Shown here: positions 22,431 to 31,447 of the stretch, one piece after another
Position numbering within the stretch: position 1 is the first letter of the stretch
Layout: each line of letters begins with the position of its first letter
From: Megasphaera elsdenii DSM 20460
GTDB taxonomy: Bacteria; Bacillota; Negativicutes; Veillonellales; Megasphaeraceae
Reading direction: 5' to 3'
NCBI RefSeq assembly: GCF_003010495.1
Contig: NZ_CP027570.1
Location: forward strand, 30,001-62,000
DNA: 32,000 bases
Position numbers and translations under genes: made by a program
The notes under the pieces: generated by a model
The model's input: only the letters and a program-made list of their open reading frames with translations
Told to the model about the DNA's origin: nothing
The model's database searches: none

Positions 22431-22802
22431 TCACCGCCTTTCTGCCTGGAAGGCGTGGACGAGGTGGCGGATAACGGGTTCCCCCTGGTCATCGGGCCAG
22501 ACCTCGATGACATCGAACCGGCACGGCCGCTCCCAAAGATCGAACTGGGCCAGGTAGGCCGAGGCAACGCGGGTGATCTTGCGGCGCTTGTTCCGTTCCA
22601 CGGCCTCACAGGGCAGGCCGTAAGCGGCCGTCGTCCGCGTCTTGACCTCGATGAAGACCAAGGTATGGCCGTCTTCGGCGATGAGGTCGATTTCCCCCAG
22701 GCGGTTGCGGTAATTGCAGCAGCGCACGTGATAGCCCTTCTCGTGGCGCACATAAGCCAGCGCCGCCTGTTCTCCATAATAACCTAATGCTTTCTTCTCC
22801 AT
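22431..22802 (-). CDS. yraN: YraN family (UPF0102) endonuclease-like protein
   Basis: The start is moved to ATG 22802 (MEKKALGYYGEQAALAYV...) with SD GAAGGGGGA. It carries the PD-(D/E)xK-like pattern GEIDLIA...LVFIEVKTR. Confidence 0.88.
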   Translation of the reverse strand: MEKKALGYYGEQAALAYVRHEKGYHVRCCNYRNRLGEIDLIAEDGHTLVFIEVKTRTTAAYGLPCEAVERNKRRKITRVASAYLAQFDLWERPCRFDVIEVWPDDQGEPVIRHLVHAFQAERR

Positions 22803-22867
22803 GGCGGGTCCCCCTTCTCTCTTGATTCCAATTACCCCCATAGTAGCAGAGAAAGATTAAAAATACA

Positions 22868-22900
22868 TAAAAAAAAGACCCTTCCGGGCCTTTTTTTCTG
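22868..22900 (-). terminator. Probable intrinsic terminator after the HIT/small-ORF pair
   Basis: The minus strand reads A7, GGCCCggaaGGGUC, then U8. The stem is short and imperfect, but both flanking runs are strong. Confidence 0.5.
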
Positions 22901-22909
22901 AGAAGAAGA

Positions 22910-23035
22910 TTAAATTTTGTGAATCATCAGGAACGCGACGATACCGATGAGCAGGACGATAGCGATGATGCGGGTCAGGACGGCCGGCGTCATCGTCACC
23001 TGGCGCCGGGGCTTCTGTCCCCGCTGCGTACTCAT
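22910..23035 (-). CDS. Untracked 41-aa single-TM membrane peptide, translationally coupled to the HIT gene
   Basis: My translation is MSTQRGQKPRRQVTMTPAVLTRIIAIVLLIGIVAFLMIHKI*. Its ATG overlaps the HIT stop as ATGA (23035-23032), and the terminator follows directly. It is below the 60-aa ORF-track cutoff. Confidence 0.6.
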   Translation of the reverse strand: MSTQRGQKPRRQVTMTPAVLTRIIAIVLLIGIVAFLMIHKI

Positions 23036-23376
23036 ACGCCGGGCCAAGCCATTTCCTTGCCGCCTAAGATATGGGCGTGCATGTGATGGACCGTCTGGCC
23101 GGCCTTTTCACCGGTGTTGAAGACGACGCGGAAGCCGTCCTTGTCGAGACCCATGACCTGGGCGACTTTCTGGATGGCGAAGAGCATCTTGCCGGCGACA
23201 TCGGCATCGTCCGGCGTCAGGGCCGCGATGCTCTGGATATGCTTCTTAGGGATGACCAGGACGTGGACCGGGGCGACCGGGTTGATGTCCTTGAAGGCGA
23301 AGAAATCATCGTCTTCCCAAACTTTGGTGCTCGGGATTTCCCCGGCAACGATCTTGCAGAAAATGCAGTCTTCCAT
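23032..23376 (-). CDS. HIT family (histidine triad) nucleotide hydrolase
   Basis: The start is moved to ATG 23376 (MEDCIFCKIVAGEIP...) with AGGAGG 7 nt upstream. The histidine triad is HHMHAHIL. The tracked start at 23412 lies inside a repeat element. Confidence 0.9.
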   Translation of the reverse strand: MEDCIFCKIVAGEIPSTKVWEDDDFFAFKDINPVAPVHVLVIPKKHIQSIAALTPDDADVAGKMLFAIQKVAQVMGLDKDGFRVVFNTGEKAGQTVHHMHAHILGGKEMAWPGV

Positions 23377-23401
23377 GATAAATTCCTCCTTTGTTGTGTA
23401 A

Positions 23402-23427
23402 GGGCGCGCCACGTGCGAGCCCCTACC
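23402..23427 (-). repeat. GC-hairpin+CTAC element (family C), copy 3, between mtaB and the HIT gene
   Basis: gggcgcgc (23402-09), loop cacgt, gcgagccc (23415-22), then ctacc. The stem has one mismatch. It is near-identical to 15368-15393. Confidence 0.8.
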
Positions 23428-23442
23428 CGTTTCGTGTCGGAA

Positions 23443-23490
23443 ACTAGTGGTTAGTGGTTAGCAGGCCGAAACCACGAGACACTAACAACG
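23443..23490 (-). repeat. Heptad repeat array overlapping the mtaB stop codon
   Basis: The minus strand reads gttgtta/gtgtctc/gtggttt/cggcctg/ctaacca/ctaacca/ctag. The plus strand shows tagtggt/tagtggt/tagcagg. The mtaB stop TAG (23484-23482) lies in the first unit. Confidence 0.8.
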
Positions 23491-24786
23491 AGCTTCCAGC
23501 TTCTGTCCGTCGGTACCGGTGAGGGTGACTTCGACGATGGTGCCTGCGGCATCATCCGGCAGGTTCCCGACGACGGCCCGTTCGTAGTTTTCCGTGAAGC
23601 CTTCGCCGGTCGTGCCGTCCTGTTTTTCGATGAGGACGGCGGCCTTCTGTCCGATCAGGGACGTCAGGAGCGCTTCTTTCTGCCGGGCCGACAGTTCATT
23701 GACGAGTTCGACGCGCCGCTTCTTTTCGGCCGTATCGACTTGGTCCTTCATATCCGCAGCCGGCGTCCCCCTGCGCTGGGAGTACGGGAAGGCGTGGATA
23801 TGGGAGAACCGGAGCCGTTCCAGGGCCGCCATGGTTTCGTCAAAGAGGGCTTCCGTTTCGCCGGGAAAGCCCAGGATGAGGTCTGTCGACACGGTCAGGC
23901 CGTCGATGCGGCTGCGCAGGCGGGCGATGAGGTCTTCATATTCAGCCACGGTATAATGGCGGTTCATGGCCTTTAAGATCGTGTCCGACCCGGACTGGAG
24001 GGGCAGGTGCAGATGCGGGCAGATGCGGTCCGAACTGTTCATGACGGCAATCATGTCGTCGCCGATTTCCAGGGACTCGATGGAGCCCAGGCGGATGCGG
24101 GCCACGTCGGTTTCCTTGACCAGGCGGTCCAGGATGTGGGCCAGCGTCGGATGGTCGTCGAGGTCGCGGCCGTAGGCGCCGAGATGGATGCCGGTCAGGA
24201 CGATTTCCTTGAATCCCGCGGCGACGAGGCGCTGTGCTTCGGCGACGATGGCATCGGGACGGCGCGATTTCAGGGCGCCCCGCGTATAGGGGATGATGCA
24301 ATAGGAGCAGAAATTATTGCACCCTTCCTGTATCTTCAAATCGGCCCGCGTATGTTCTACAGCTGACGGATAGAGGGGGATCTCCTCAAATTCGTCATGA
24401 CGGCGCACGTCGTGGACGGCTGTGATGGCTTCGTCTTCCCCGTCGTGCAGGAGCTCGCGGACGATGGAAACGATGCGATTGCGTTCATTGGTCCCGACGA
24501 CGGCATCGACTTCGGGCATGGACGTCAGGAGCTCCGGGTCGAGCTGGGCATAACAGCCGGTGACGATGACCTTGGCGGCCTCGTTGCGCTTCTTCGTCCG
24601 GCGGATGAGCTGGCGCGATTTCTTCTCGCCCACCTGGGTGACCGAGCAGGTATTGATGACATAGACGTCGGCCGGGCCGTTGAAATCGGCTTCCGTGAAG
24701 CCTGCAGCCAGGAAGAGGCCGCGCATACTGTCCGTATCGTACTGGTTGACACGGCAGCCAAGAGTGGCAAAAGCGATAGTTGGCAT
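23482..24786 (-). CDS. mtaB: Radical-SAM methylthiotransferase, MtaB-type (tRNA t6A37 methylthiolation)
   Basis: 434 aa with an N-terminal UPF0004 Cys triad (C..C..C in TLGCRVN / NTCSVT / GCY) and radical-SAM motif CNNFCSYC. Its position after prmA-rsmE matches yqeV of the Bacillus dnaK operon. Confidence 0.88.
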   Translation of the reverse strand: MPTIAFATLGCRVNQYDTDSMRGLFLAAGFTEADFNGPADVYVINTCSVTQVGEKKSRQLIRRTKKRNEAAKVIVTGCYAQLDPELLTSMPEVDAVVGTNERNRIVSIVRELLHDGEDEAITAVHDVRRHDEFEEIPLYPSAVEHTRADLKIQEGCNNFCSYCIIPYTRGALKSRRPDAIVAEAQRLVAAGFKEIVLTGIHLGAYGRDLDDHPTLAHILDRLVKETDVARIRLGSIESLEIGDDMIAVMNSSDRICPHLHLPLQSGSDTILKAMNRHYTVAEYEDLIARLRSRIDGLTVSTDLILGFPGETEALFDETMAALERLRFSHIHAFPYSQRRGTPAADMKDQVDTAEKKRRVELVNELSARQKEALLTSLIGQKAAVLIEKQDGTTGEGFTENYERAVVGNLPDDAAGTIVEVTLTGTDGQKLEARC

Positions 24787-25514
24787 TACTTGAATCCTCT
24801 TTCGTACATAATGATAGACAGGGCCGCCAGCGACGCCGTTTCAGCGCGCAGGATGCGGGGCCCGAGAGAGACCGTGCGGCACCACGCCAGATGCTGCGTG
24901 GCATAGGCGATTTCTTTTTCTGCATAGCCCCCTTCAGGGCCGATGGCGATGACGGCGTCGCCGGTCCGCACGTCGTGGCAGGCTTCCGACAAGGGCGCCG
25001 TTTCCTGTTCATAAGGGATGATGAAGCGCGTGTCGGCATAGGCGTCGACGAGCTCCGTAAAGCTCATGACCGGCGCTACCTCCGGCACGTCGTCGCGGCC
25101 GCATTGCTTGGCCGCTTCCAGGGCCAGGCGCTGCCACCGTCCGAGCCGGGCCTGCCGCCGTTTATCATCTAATTTTACTACACAATGTTCCATTTGTACA
25201 GGAACAATCCGCCCTACGCCGAGTTCCGTCGCCTTCTGGACGACCCAGTCGAACTTGTCACCTTTGAGAAGGCCCGCTGCCAGGATGACCTTGCCGTTCG
25301 CTGACGGCCCGTCGGACAGCTTGCGCGCCGGCGTAAGGTACGCCGAATGGCCTTCCATGCGGGTGATGAAACATTCATAGGTCGCGCCGGTGCAGTCCGT
25401 GACGTTCAGCGTGTCGCCGACGGTATGGCGCAGGACGACGACGACGTGATGGGCATCGTCGGCAGACAGTTCAAAGGTCCCGCAAATGGGGAAATCCGTG
25501 AAAATCTTACGCAT
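24786..25514 (-). CDS. rsmE: 16S rRNA (uracil1498-N3)-methyltransferase RsmE
   Basis: 242 aa with an N-terminal PUA-like domain, a C-terminal SPOUT knot (IGPEGG...LGPRILR.ETA) and a TAATG overlap with mtaB. Confidence 0.9.
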   Translation of the reverse strand: MRKIFTDFPICGTFELSADDAHHVVVVLRHTVGDTLNVTDCTGATYECFITRMEGHSAYLTPARKLSDGPSANGKVILAAGLLKGDKFDWVVQKATELGVGRIVPVQMEHCVVKLDDKRRQARLGRWQRLALEAAKQCGRDDVPEVAPVMSFTELVDAYADTRFIIPYEQETAPLSEACHDVRTGDAVIAIGPEGGYAEKEIAYATQHLAWCRTVSLGPRILRAETASLAALSIIMYERGFK

Positions 25515-25518
25515 AGTC

Positions 25519-26394
25519 TCACCTCTTCATCAAAACGGCATACCAGCCGCTCCGGAACTGTTCATCGACCCAGGTGAAGCCGACGGCAGCCGCCGCGCGG
25601 CGCACTTCGTCGATGCGTTCGTCGATGATGCCGCTGGCGATGAGCGTACCGCCTTCCTTGAGGTACGGCGGCAGTGTCGGCAACAGGGCCAGGACGGCGT
25701 TGGTCACCAGGTTGGCTACGACGACGTCGGCCTGTTCCCCTTGCGGGATGGCCGCCAGGAGGTCGCTGTTGGCGATGGTCAATCGCTCTTCGACGCCGTT
25801 CAGTTTGGCGTTGACGGCCGCCTGCTTGACGGCGACGGCATCGAAATCGACAGCCGTCACGCGGGACGCGCCCAGTTTGGCGGCGGCAATGGCCAGGATG
25901 CCCGTGCCCGTGCCGATGTCAAAGACCGTATCGCCGGGCTTCACCGTGTCTTCCAGGTACTGGACGCACATACACGTCGTATCGTGGAAGCCGCTGCCAA
26001 AGGCCAGGCCCGGATCGATGGAGAGGACGTCCTCGCCGTCCGCCGGCCGGGCCGGTTCCCATGCCGGTGCCGCCCAGAAATGGCGGGAAATCTTCTTGGG
26101 ATGGAAATGTTCCTGCCAGGCAAAGAGCCAGTCCTTGTCATCGGCTTTCTTTTCGACGACCTTCCAGTCGCCCAAATCGACACCCCGGCTTTCCAGGGCG
26201 CCCATCTTTTCTCGTATCGTTTCCACAAGACCTTCCTGTGCCAGCGGGAAATACGCCGTAATGCGGATGCGTCCTTTGTGGTCCGGGTGTTCGTCATCGA
26301 TGACCGATCCATTGCTTCCACATTCAAAAACAAGAAGGGCCACCAAATCGGTGGCCGTTGGGGAAACGAGCAAATCTACTTCATTCCATTGCAT
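25519..26394 (-). CDS. prmA: Ribosomal protein L11 methyltransferase PrmA
   Basis: 291 aa with an MQWNEV start, the FGSG.H.TT motif (AFGSGFHDTT) and SAM motif DIGTGTGILAI. Confidence 0.92.
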   Translation of the reverse strand: MQWNEVDLLVSPTATDLVALLVFECGSNGSVIDDEHPDHKGRIRITAYFPLAQEGLVETIREKMGALESRGVDLGDWKVVEKKADDKDWLFAWQEHFHPKKISRHFWAAPAWEPARPADGEDVLSIDPGLAFGSGFHDTTCMCVQYLEDTVKPGDTVFDIGTGTGILAIAAAKLGASRVTAVDFDAVAVKQAAVNAKLNGVEERLTIANSDLLAAIPQGEQADVVVANLVTNAVLALLPTLPPYLKEGGTLIASGIIDERIDEVRRAAAAVGFTWVDEQFRSGWYAVLMKR

Positions 26395-26408
26395 CGTTCA
26401 TTCTCCCT

Positions 26409-27668
26409 TTATCTTTCCAGATCTTCTTTTAACTTACTCCAAAAGCCCTTCTTAGACTTCTTGGTATCTTTCTTGTCGTTCTTCGCGTCTGTGGCGTCAC
26501 CGTCGGCCGGTTGTTCAGCCGGCTTTGGCTCCCCCACCCACGTTTCGCCGCCAGCATAGGCAAATTCCCGCAGGAGTTCCTTCTGTTTGGCATTGAGGTC
26601 TTTCGGTACGGAGACCGTGACCTGGACGTGGTGGTCGCCGCGGCGGTTCTTGGACCCCAGGACAGGGACGCCTTTGCCGCGGATGCGGAAGACCGTACCC
26701 GTCTGGGTGCCGGCCGGGATGGTCAGTTCGATCTTGCCATCCAGGGTTTCGACGGGAATCTTTGCACCCAGGGCAGCCTGGGCGAAGGAAATCGTTTCCT
26801 GGGACAAGATATCGTTGCCTTCACGGCTGAACTTGGGATCGCGGCGGACGAAGATGTAGACGTACAAGTCGCCGTGACCGCCGCCGCGGACGCCCGGTTC
26901 GCCTTCTCCGGCTACGCGCAGGCGTGCGCCGTCATCGACACCGGCAGGGATCTTGATCTTCAATTTCTTGCGGACCTTGACCGTCCCCGTGCCATGGCAT
27001 TTCTTGCACTTATCATGGATGATCTTGCCTGTGCCGCCGCAGCGGGAACAGGTGCGGACATTGACCATCTGGCCGAAAGGCGTGTTCTGTACGACGCGCT
27101 GCTGGCCCGTGCCGTGGCAGTCCGGGCAAGTATCGACTTTGCTGCCCGGTTCGGCACCGTTGCCGTGACAGTGGTCACACGTTTCTTCCTTGGGGACCTG
27201 GATTTCCATTTCCGTACCAAAGGCAGCCTGCTTGAAGGTGATGTCTACGTCGAAGCGCAAATCGGCACCGCGCTGCGGGCCATTGGCCGACTGACGGCTG
27301 CCCTGGCCGCCAAAGAAGGAATCAAAGATATCTTCGAAGCCGCCGAAGCCCTGGCCGCCCTGGCCGAATCCGCCAAAGCCGCCAAACCCTCCGAAGCCGC
27401 CCTGGCCGAAACCGGCACCGGAACCGGCAGCATTGCCGTTCTGGAATGCTGCCGGACCGAACTGGTCGTACTGGGCGCGTTTCTGTTTATTCGACAGGAC
27501 GCTGTACGCTTCGTTGATTTCCTTGAATTTTTCTTCGGCTGCCTTCGGGTTGTCCGGGTTGCGGTCCGGATGGTATTTGAGCGCTAATTTCTTGAACGCT
27601 TTTTTGATTTCTGCGTCGCTGGCGTCTTTGGGAACGCCAAGGACTTCATAATAATCTCTTTTACTCAT
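26409..27668 (-). CDS. dnaJ: Molecular chaperone DnaJ
   Basis: J-domain with HPD (KYHPDRN), a G/F-rich linker and four CxxCxGxG zinc-finger repeats. Confidence 0.97.
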   Translation of the reverse strand: MSKRDYYEVLGVPKDASDAEIKKAFKKLALKYHPDRNPDNPKAAEEKFKEINEAYSVLSNKQKRAQYDQFGPAAFQNGNAAGSGAGFGQGGFGGFGGFGGFGQGGQGFGGFEDIFDSFFGGQGSRQSANGPQRGADLRFDVDITFKQAAFGTEMEIQVPKEETCDHCHGNGAEPGSKVDTCPDCHGTGQQRVVQNTPFGQMVNVRTCSRCGGTGKIIHDKCKKCHGTGTVKVRKKLKIKIPAGVDDGARLRVAGEGEPGVRGGGHGDLYVYIFVRRDPKFSREGNDILSQETISFAQAALGAKIPVETLDGKIELTIPAGTQTGTVFRIRGKGVPVLGSKNRRGDHHVQVTVSVPKDLNAKQKELLREFAYAGGETWVGEPKPAEQPADGDATDAKNDKKDTKKSKKGFWSKLKEDLER

Positions 27669-27692
27669 GGTGGGCAGCCCCTCTTATCTATC

Positions 27693-29552
27693 TTACTTCT
27701 TGTCGTCGTCGACTACGGTGTAATCGGCATCGACTACTTTTTCATCTTTCTGGCCATCGCTCTGAGCCTGCTGTGCACCGGCCTGGGCACCTGCCTGCTG
27801 CTGAGCCTGCTGGGCAGCGTCAGCGTTCTTGTACATTTCGCTGGTCAGGTCATAGAGCGGTTTGGTCAAGGCTTCGGAAGCGGCTTTGATCTTATCCGTA
27901 TCGTCGGTCTTCATGGCTTCTTTCAAGGCAGCGATCTTATCCTTGATTTCCGAAACTTTGGAAGCATCGGCTTTGTCGCCCATATCCTTGATGGTCTTTT
28001 CAGCCTGGTAAATGAGGGAGTCTGCGTTGTTCTTGGCTTCGATGGCTTCTTTACGTTTCTTGTCTTCCGCTTCGTGAGCTGCAGCTTCTTTGACCATGCG
28101 GTCGATTTCGCTCTTATCGAGGCCCGACGAAGATTTGATGGTGATCTTCTGTTCCTTGCCCGTACCGAGGTCTTTGGCCGAAACGTTTACGATACCGTTG
28201 GCATCGATGTTGAAGGTGACTTCGATACGAGGTACTCCACGGGGAGCAGCCGGGATACCTGTCAGTTCGAAACGGCCGAGGGTCTTGTTGTCAGCAGCCA
28301 TTTCACGTTCGCCCTGGAGGACGTGGACGTCAACGGACGGCTGGTTATCGACAGCCGTCGAGAAGACCTGGCTGCCGGATGTCGGGATGGTCGTGTTGCG
28401 GTCGATGATCTTGGTGAAGACGCCGCCGAGGGTTTCAATGCCCAGGGAAAGCGGAGTGACATCGAGGAGCAGGACGTCTTTGACATCGCCGACGAGGACA
28501 CCGGCCTGGATAGCTGCGCCGATAGCAACACATTCATCGGGGTTTACGCCCTTGCTCGGTTCTTTGCCGAGGATGGATTTGATAGCTTCCTGGACAGCCG
28601 GGATACGGCTGGAACCGCCGACGAGGATGATCTTGTCGATTTCGTCGATGGTGAAGCCCGAGTCAGCAATCGCTTTCTTGGTCGGTTCCATCGTAGCCTG
28701 GACGAGGTCTTCCGTCAATTCGTTGAATTTAGCACGGGTCAAGGTCAAATCGAGGTGTTTCGGGCCCGTAGCATCGGCCGTGATGAACGGCAGGTTGATG
28801 TTGGTCGAGAGGACCGTGGACAATTCGATCTTGGCTTTTTCAGCAGCTTCTTTGAGGCGCTGTTCAGCCATCTTATCCTGCGAGAGGTCGATGCCCGTTT
28901 CTTTCTTAAATTCGCTGATCATCCATTCCATGACTTTGTTATCGAAGTCATCGCCGCCGAGGTGGGTGTTGCCGTTGGTAGCCTTTACTTCAAAGACGCC
29001 ATCGCCGAGTTCGAGGATGGAAACATCGAAAGTGCCGCCGCCGAGGTCGAAGACGAGGATCTTGCCGTCGCCGCCTTTATCAAGGCCGTAAGCGAGGGCA
29101 GCTGCCGTCGGTTCGTTGACGATACGGAGAACGTCGAGGCCGGCGATCTTGCCAGCATCTTTGGTAGCCTGGCGCTGGCCGTCGTTGAAGTATGCCGGAA
29201 CGGTGATGACAGCCTGCGTGACTTTTTCGCCGAGGTAGCTTTCAGCATCTTCCTTCAATTTCTGAAGAATCATTGCGGAGATTTCCTGCGGTGTATATTT
29301 CTTGCCCTGGATGTCTACAGTGTAGCTTTCACCCATGTGGCGTTTAATGGACGAAATGGTGTTTTCCGGGTTGGATACGGCCTGGCGTTTTGCCAGCTGG
29401 CCGACGAGGCGTTCGCCCGTCTTGGAGAAGCCTACGACAGACGGTGTGAGGCGAGAGCCTTCCGTATTCGTGATGACCGTAGGTTCGCCGCCTTCCATAA
29501 CAGCTACTACGGAGTTTGTTGTACCTAAGTCAATACCAATAACTTTACTCAT
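27693..29552 (-). CDS. dnaK: Molecular chaperone DnaK (Hsp70)
   Basis: The start is moved to ATG 29552 ([14 protein letters not shown]) with GGAGG 8 nt upstream. The tracked start is a TTG five codons upstream. Hsp70 signatures are present throughout. Confidence 0.98.
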   Translation of the reverse strand: MSKVIGIDLGTTNSVVAVMEGGEPTVITNTEGSRLTPSVVGFSKTGERLVGQLAKRQAVSNPENTISSIKRHMGESYTVDIQGKKYTPQEISAMILQKLKEDAESYLGEKVTQAVITVPAYFNDGQRQATKDAGKIAGLDVLRIVNEPTAAALAYGLDKGGDGKILVFDLGGGTFDVSILELGDGVFEVKATNGNTHLGGDDFDNKVMEWMISEFKKETGIDLSQDKMAEQRLKEAAEKAKIELSTVLSTNINLPFITADATGPKHLDLTLTRAKFNELTEDLVQATMEPTKKAIADSGFTIDEIDKIILVGGSSRIPAVQEAIKSILGKEPSKGVNPDECVAIGAAIQAGVLVGDVKDVLLLDVTPLSLGIETLGGVFTKIIDRNTTIPTSGSQVFSTAVDNQPSVDVHVLQGEREMAADNKTLGRFELTGIPAAPRGVPRIEVTFNIDANGIVNVSAKDLGTGKEQKITIKSSSGLDKSEIDRMVKEAAAHEAEDKKRKEAIEAKNNADSLIYQAEKTIKDMGDKADASKVSEIKDKIAALKEAMKTDDTDKIKAASEALTKPLYDLTSEMYKNADAAQQAQQQAGAQAGAQQAQSDGQKDEKVVDADYTVVDDDKK

Positions 29553-29585
29553 AAAAGATTCCTCCAATCTTATTTCAAACGATGG

Positions 29586-30197
29586 TTAACCGTTGAATGC
29601 AACTTTTACCATGGCCGGACGCAGTGTCTTGTCGCCCAGGAGATAACCTTCCTGGAGGACTTCTACGACGACGTCGTCATCGTATTCGTCACTGGGCACG
29701 CGCATGACGGCCTGATGATAATTGGGGTCGAAAGGTTTGCCGACGGCATCGATCTTGGTGACCCCTTCCTTTTCCAGGACGCCCAGGAGCTGTTTATAAA
29801 TCATTTCATAGCCGTCGATGAAGGATTTCACATCATCTGCCACCTGGTCCTGCGGGACCTGCAAGGCCCGTTCGAAATTATCGATGACCGGCAGGATGCT
29901 ACTGATGACGTCCATCTTGACGACTTCTGAAATCTGGAGCTTTTCAGCAGCTGTGCGTTTTTTATAGTTGGCAAAATCTGCCTGGAGACGGACGAACTGC
30001 TGCTGGAGCTTGGCGGCCTTTTCGGCGTCTGCGCTGGCAGCTTCGTCTTTGGCATCCGGTGCCTTTTGATCGGCACTTTCATCTGCCGCAGCTTCCTTGG
30101 CTTCGTCTGCCTTTTCTTTGGCAGCGTCTTCGACGACTTTTTCTGCGTCGTCTTTCAACACTGTGTCTTTTTCTTCTTTATTTTCTTTATTACTCAT
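29586..30197 (-). CDS. grpE: Nucleotide exchange factor GrpE
   Basis: 203 aa with an acidic/Lys-rich N-terminus, a long helix and a C-terminal beta domain (GYLLGDKTLRPAMVKV). Confidence 0.95.
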   Translation of the reverse strand: MSNKENKEEKDTVLKDDAEKVVEDAAKEKADEAKEAAADESADQKAPDAKDEAASADAEKAAKLQQQFVRLQADFANYKKRTAAEKLQISEVVKMDVISSILPVIDNFERALQVPQDQVADDVKSFIDGYEMIYKQLLGVLEKEGVTKIDAVGKPFDPNYHQAVMRVPSDEYDDDVVVEVLQEGYLLGDKTLRPAMVKVAFNG

Positions 30198-30213
30198 GTC
30201 TGTGTACCCCTCC

Positions 30214-31248
30214 CTACTTATCGTCGTGGTAATGCGCCAGCATATGTGTCACATGCTGTTTCATGAAATCCAAGAGACCGATAATCTTAGCATACTCCAT
30301 ACGGGCTGGTCCCAAGACGGCCAGCTTGCCGAGGACTACATCATGGTCGGTAAAGGTCGCTTCAATGATACTGCAATCATTGATAGGCGATAACTTCGCT
30401 TCTTCGCCGATGCGGACCGTAACGGCCTCGCCTTCTCCTTCGTCGTGAAGAAGATTGGCGACGACATCCTGTTCTTCCAGCATGGTAAAGAGGCTCTTGG
30501 CCTTGTCGACATCTTTAAATTCCGGCTTGTTCAAAAGTTCCATGGTCCCGCCTTTATAGAACTGCTGTCCCTTGTGGAAGGCCCGTCCCATGGACCGGAA
30601 TGCCAGGCGGTATAATTCGACGTCATCGACGATGGTCTCGTGAAAGGCTTCGATGGCCTTTTCATCGATATGGTCTATGGCCATGCCGGCCAGGTAATTG
30701 GTCAGCCGCTGGGCGATGATGTTCAAATCGTCCAGGCTGGCACCGGCCGGTCTGGGGTAAAGGCAGTTCTCTACCTGCCCCGTATCGGTGACGACAATCA
30801 TGATGGCCCGGCGGTCATCAAGCGGTAAGAAGCGGATGTACTTCAGCTTGGAATTGAGCCGCTGTGACGCCATGACCAGGGTGACGTTGTGGGTGATCCT
30901 GGCCAGTAACTTGGCCGTCGACTGAAAGATCTGGTCGACGCTGCTCACTTTATCCTGGAACCAGGCCCGGACGAATTGCTTTTCTGCGTCCGTGATCTTC
31001 GTCGGCTTGAGCAGGCAGTCGACGTAAAAGCGGTATCCCTTCAGCGACGGGATGCGGCCAGACGACGTGTGAGGCTGTTCCAGGTAGCCCATCATTTCCA
31101 AATCGAACATTTCGTTGCGGATCGTCGCGGCACTGACGCCTAAGTCATACTTGCGGGCAATCGTTCTCGACCCGACAGGTTCGGCAGAGGAGATGTAATC
31201 CTGAATAATGGCCTGCAGTATTTTTTGTTTTCGTGCATCCAAATCCAT
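30214..31248 (-). CDS. hrcA: Heat-inducible transcription repressor HrcA
   Basis: A winged-helix N-terminus (ILQAIIQDYISSAEPVGSRTIARKY), then the HrcA dimerisation and inserted domains. I prefer ATG 31248 (AAGGTGAG SD 5 nt upstream) over the tracked GTG at 31257. Confidence 0.95.
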   Translation of the reverse strand: MDLDARKQKILQAIIQDYISSAEPVGSRTIARKYDLGVSAATIRNEMFDLEMMGYLEQPHTSSGRIPSLKGYRFYVDCLLKPTKITDAEKQFVRAWFQDKVSSVDQIFQSTAKLLARITHNVTLVMASQRLNSKLKYIRFLPLDDRRAIMIVVTDTGQVENCLYPRPAGASLDDLNIIAQRLTNYLAGMAIDHIDEKAIEAFHETIVDDVELYRLAFRSMGRAFHKGQQFYKGGTMELLNKPEFKDVDKAKSLFTMLEEQDVVANLLHDEGEGEAVTVRIGEEAKLSPINDCSIIEATFTDHDVVLGKLAVLGPARMEYAKIIGLLDFMKQHVTHMLAHYHDDK

Positions 31249-31278
31249 CGTACTCACCTTCTGCTCATTTGACTATTC

Positions 31279-31305
31279 TTAGCAGTCTGACTATTTGACC
31301 TCTAA
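31279..31305. promoter_or_regulatory. CIRCE-like HrcA operator (degenerate)
   Basis: TTAGCAGTC-N9-GACCTCTAA against CIRCE TTAGCACTC-N9-GAGTGCTAA. The left arm matches 8/9 and the right arm 6/9. It lies immediately downstream of the -10, which is the expected position. Confidence 0.55.
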
Positions 31306-31315
31306 GACTATATAT

Positions 31316-31344
31316 AAGATAGCATGGAGAATATGTTTTGTCAA
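31316..31344 (-). promoter_or_regulatory. Promoter of the hrcA-dnaK operon
   Basis: The minus strand reads TTGACA (31344-31339), a 17-nt spacer, then TGcTATCTT (extended -10; hexamer at 31321-31316). Confidence 0.55.
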
Positions 31345-31373
31345 GAGAATATAAGTCAAAAAGTCAAATTAAT

Positions 31374-31414
31374 TGCAAAAAAAGACGCTGTCCCATAAAG
31401 ACAGCGCCCTTTTA
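31374..31414 (-). terminator. Intrinsic terminator after the hydrolase-Sel1 gene
   Basis: The minus strand reads GGCGCUGUC, loop uuuaug, GGACAGCGUC (one G-U pair), followed by U7. Confidence 0.65.
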
Positions 31415-31447
31415 CGTCGATTCTTCGTCGTATGGAATTAAAAAGGA

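Noticed and set aside
22427-22777. N-terminal 117-aa extension of the tracked 621-aa comM ORF
   Set aside because: The extension is Arg/Ser/Thr/Pro-rich and overlaps yraN out of frame. The conserved YifB/ComM N-terminus begins at GTG 22426, right after the yraN stop.
23445-23465. TAG-N4-TAG-N4-TAG (tagtggttagtggttag), which resembles a HutP-type UAG-N4 x3 RNA-binding site and places stops in all three frames
   Set aside because: The motif is on the plus strand, whereas all surrounding transcription (mtaB to HIT) is on the minus strand. No hut genes are nearby. It is better explained as part of the heptad repeat family.
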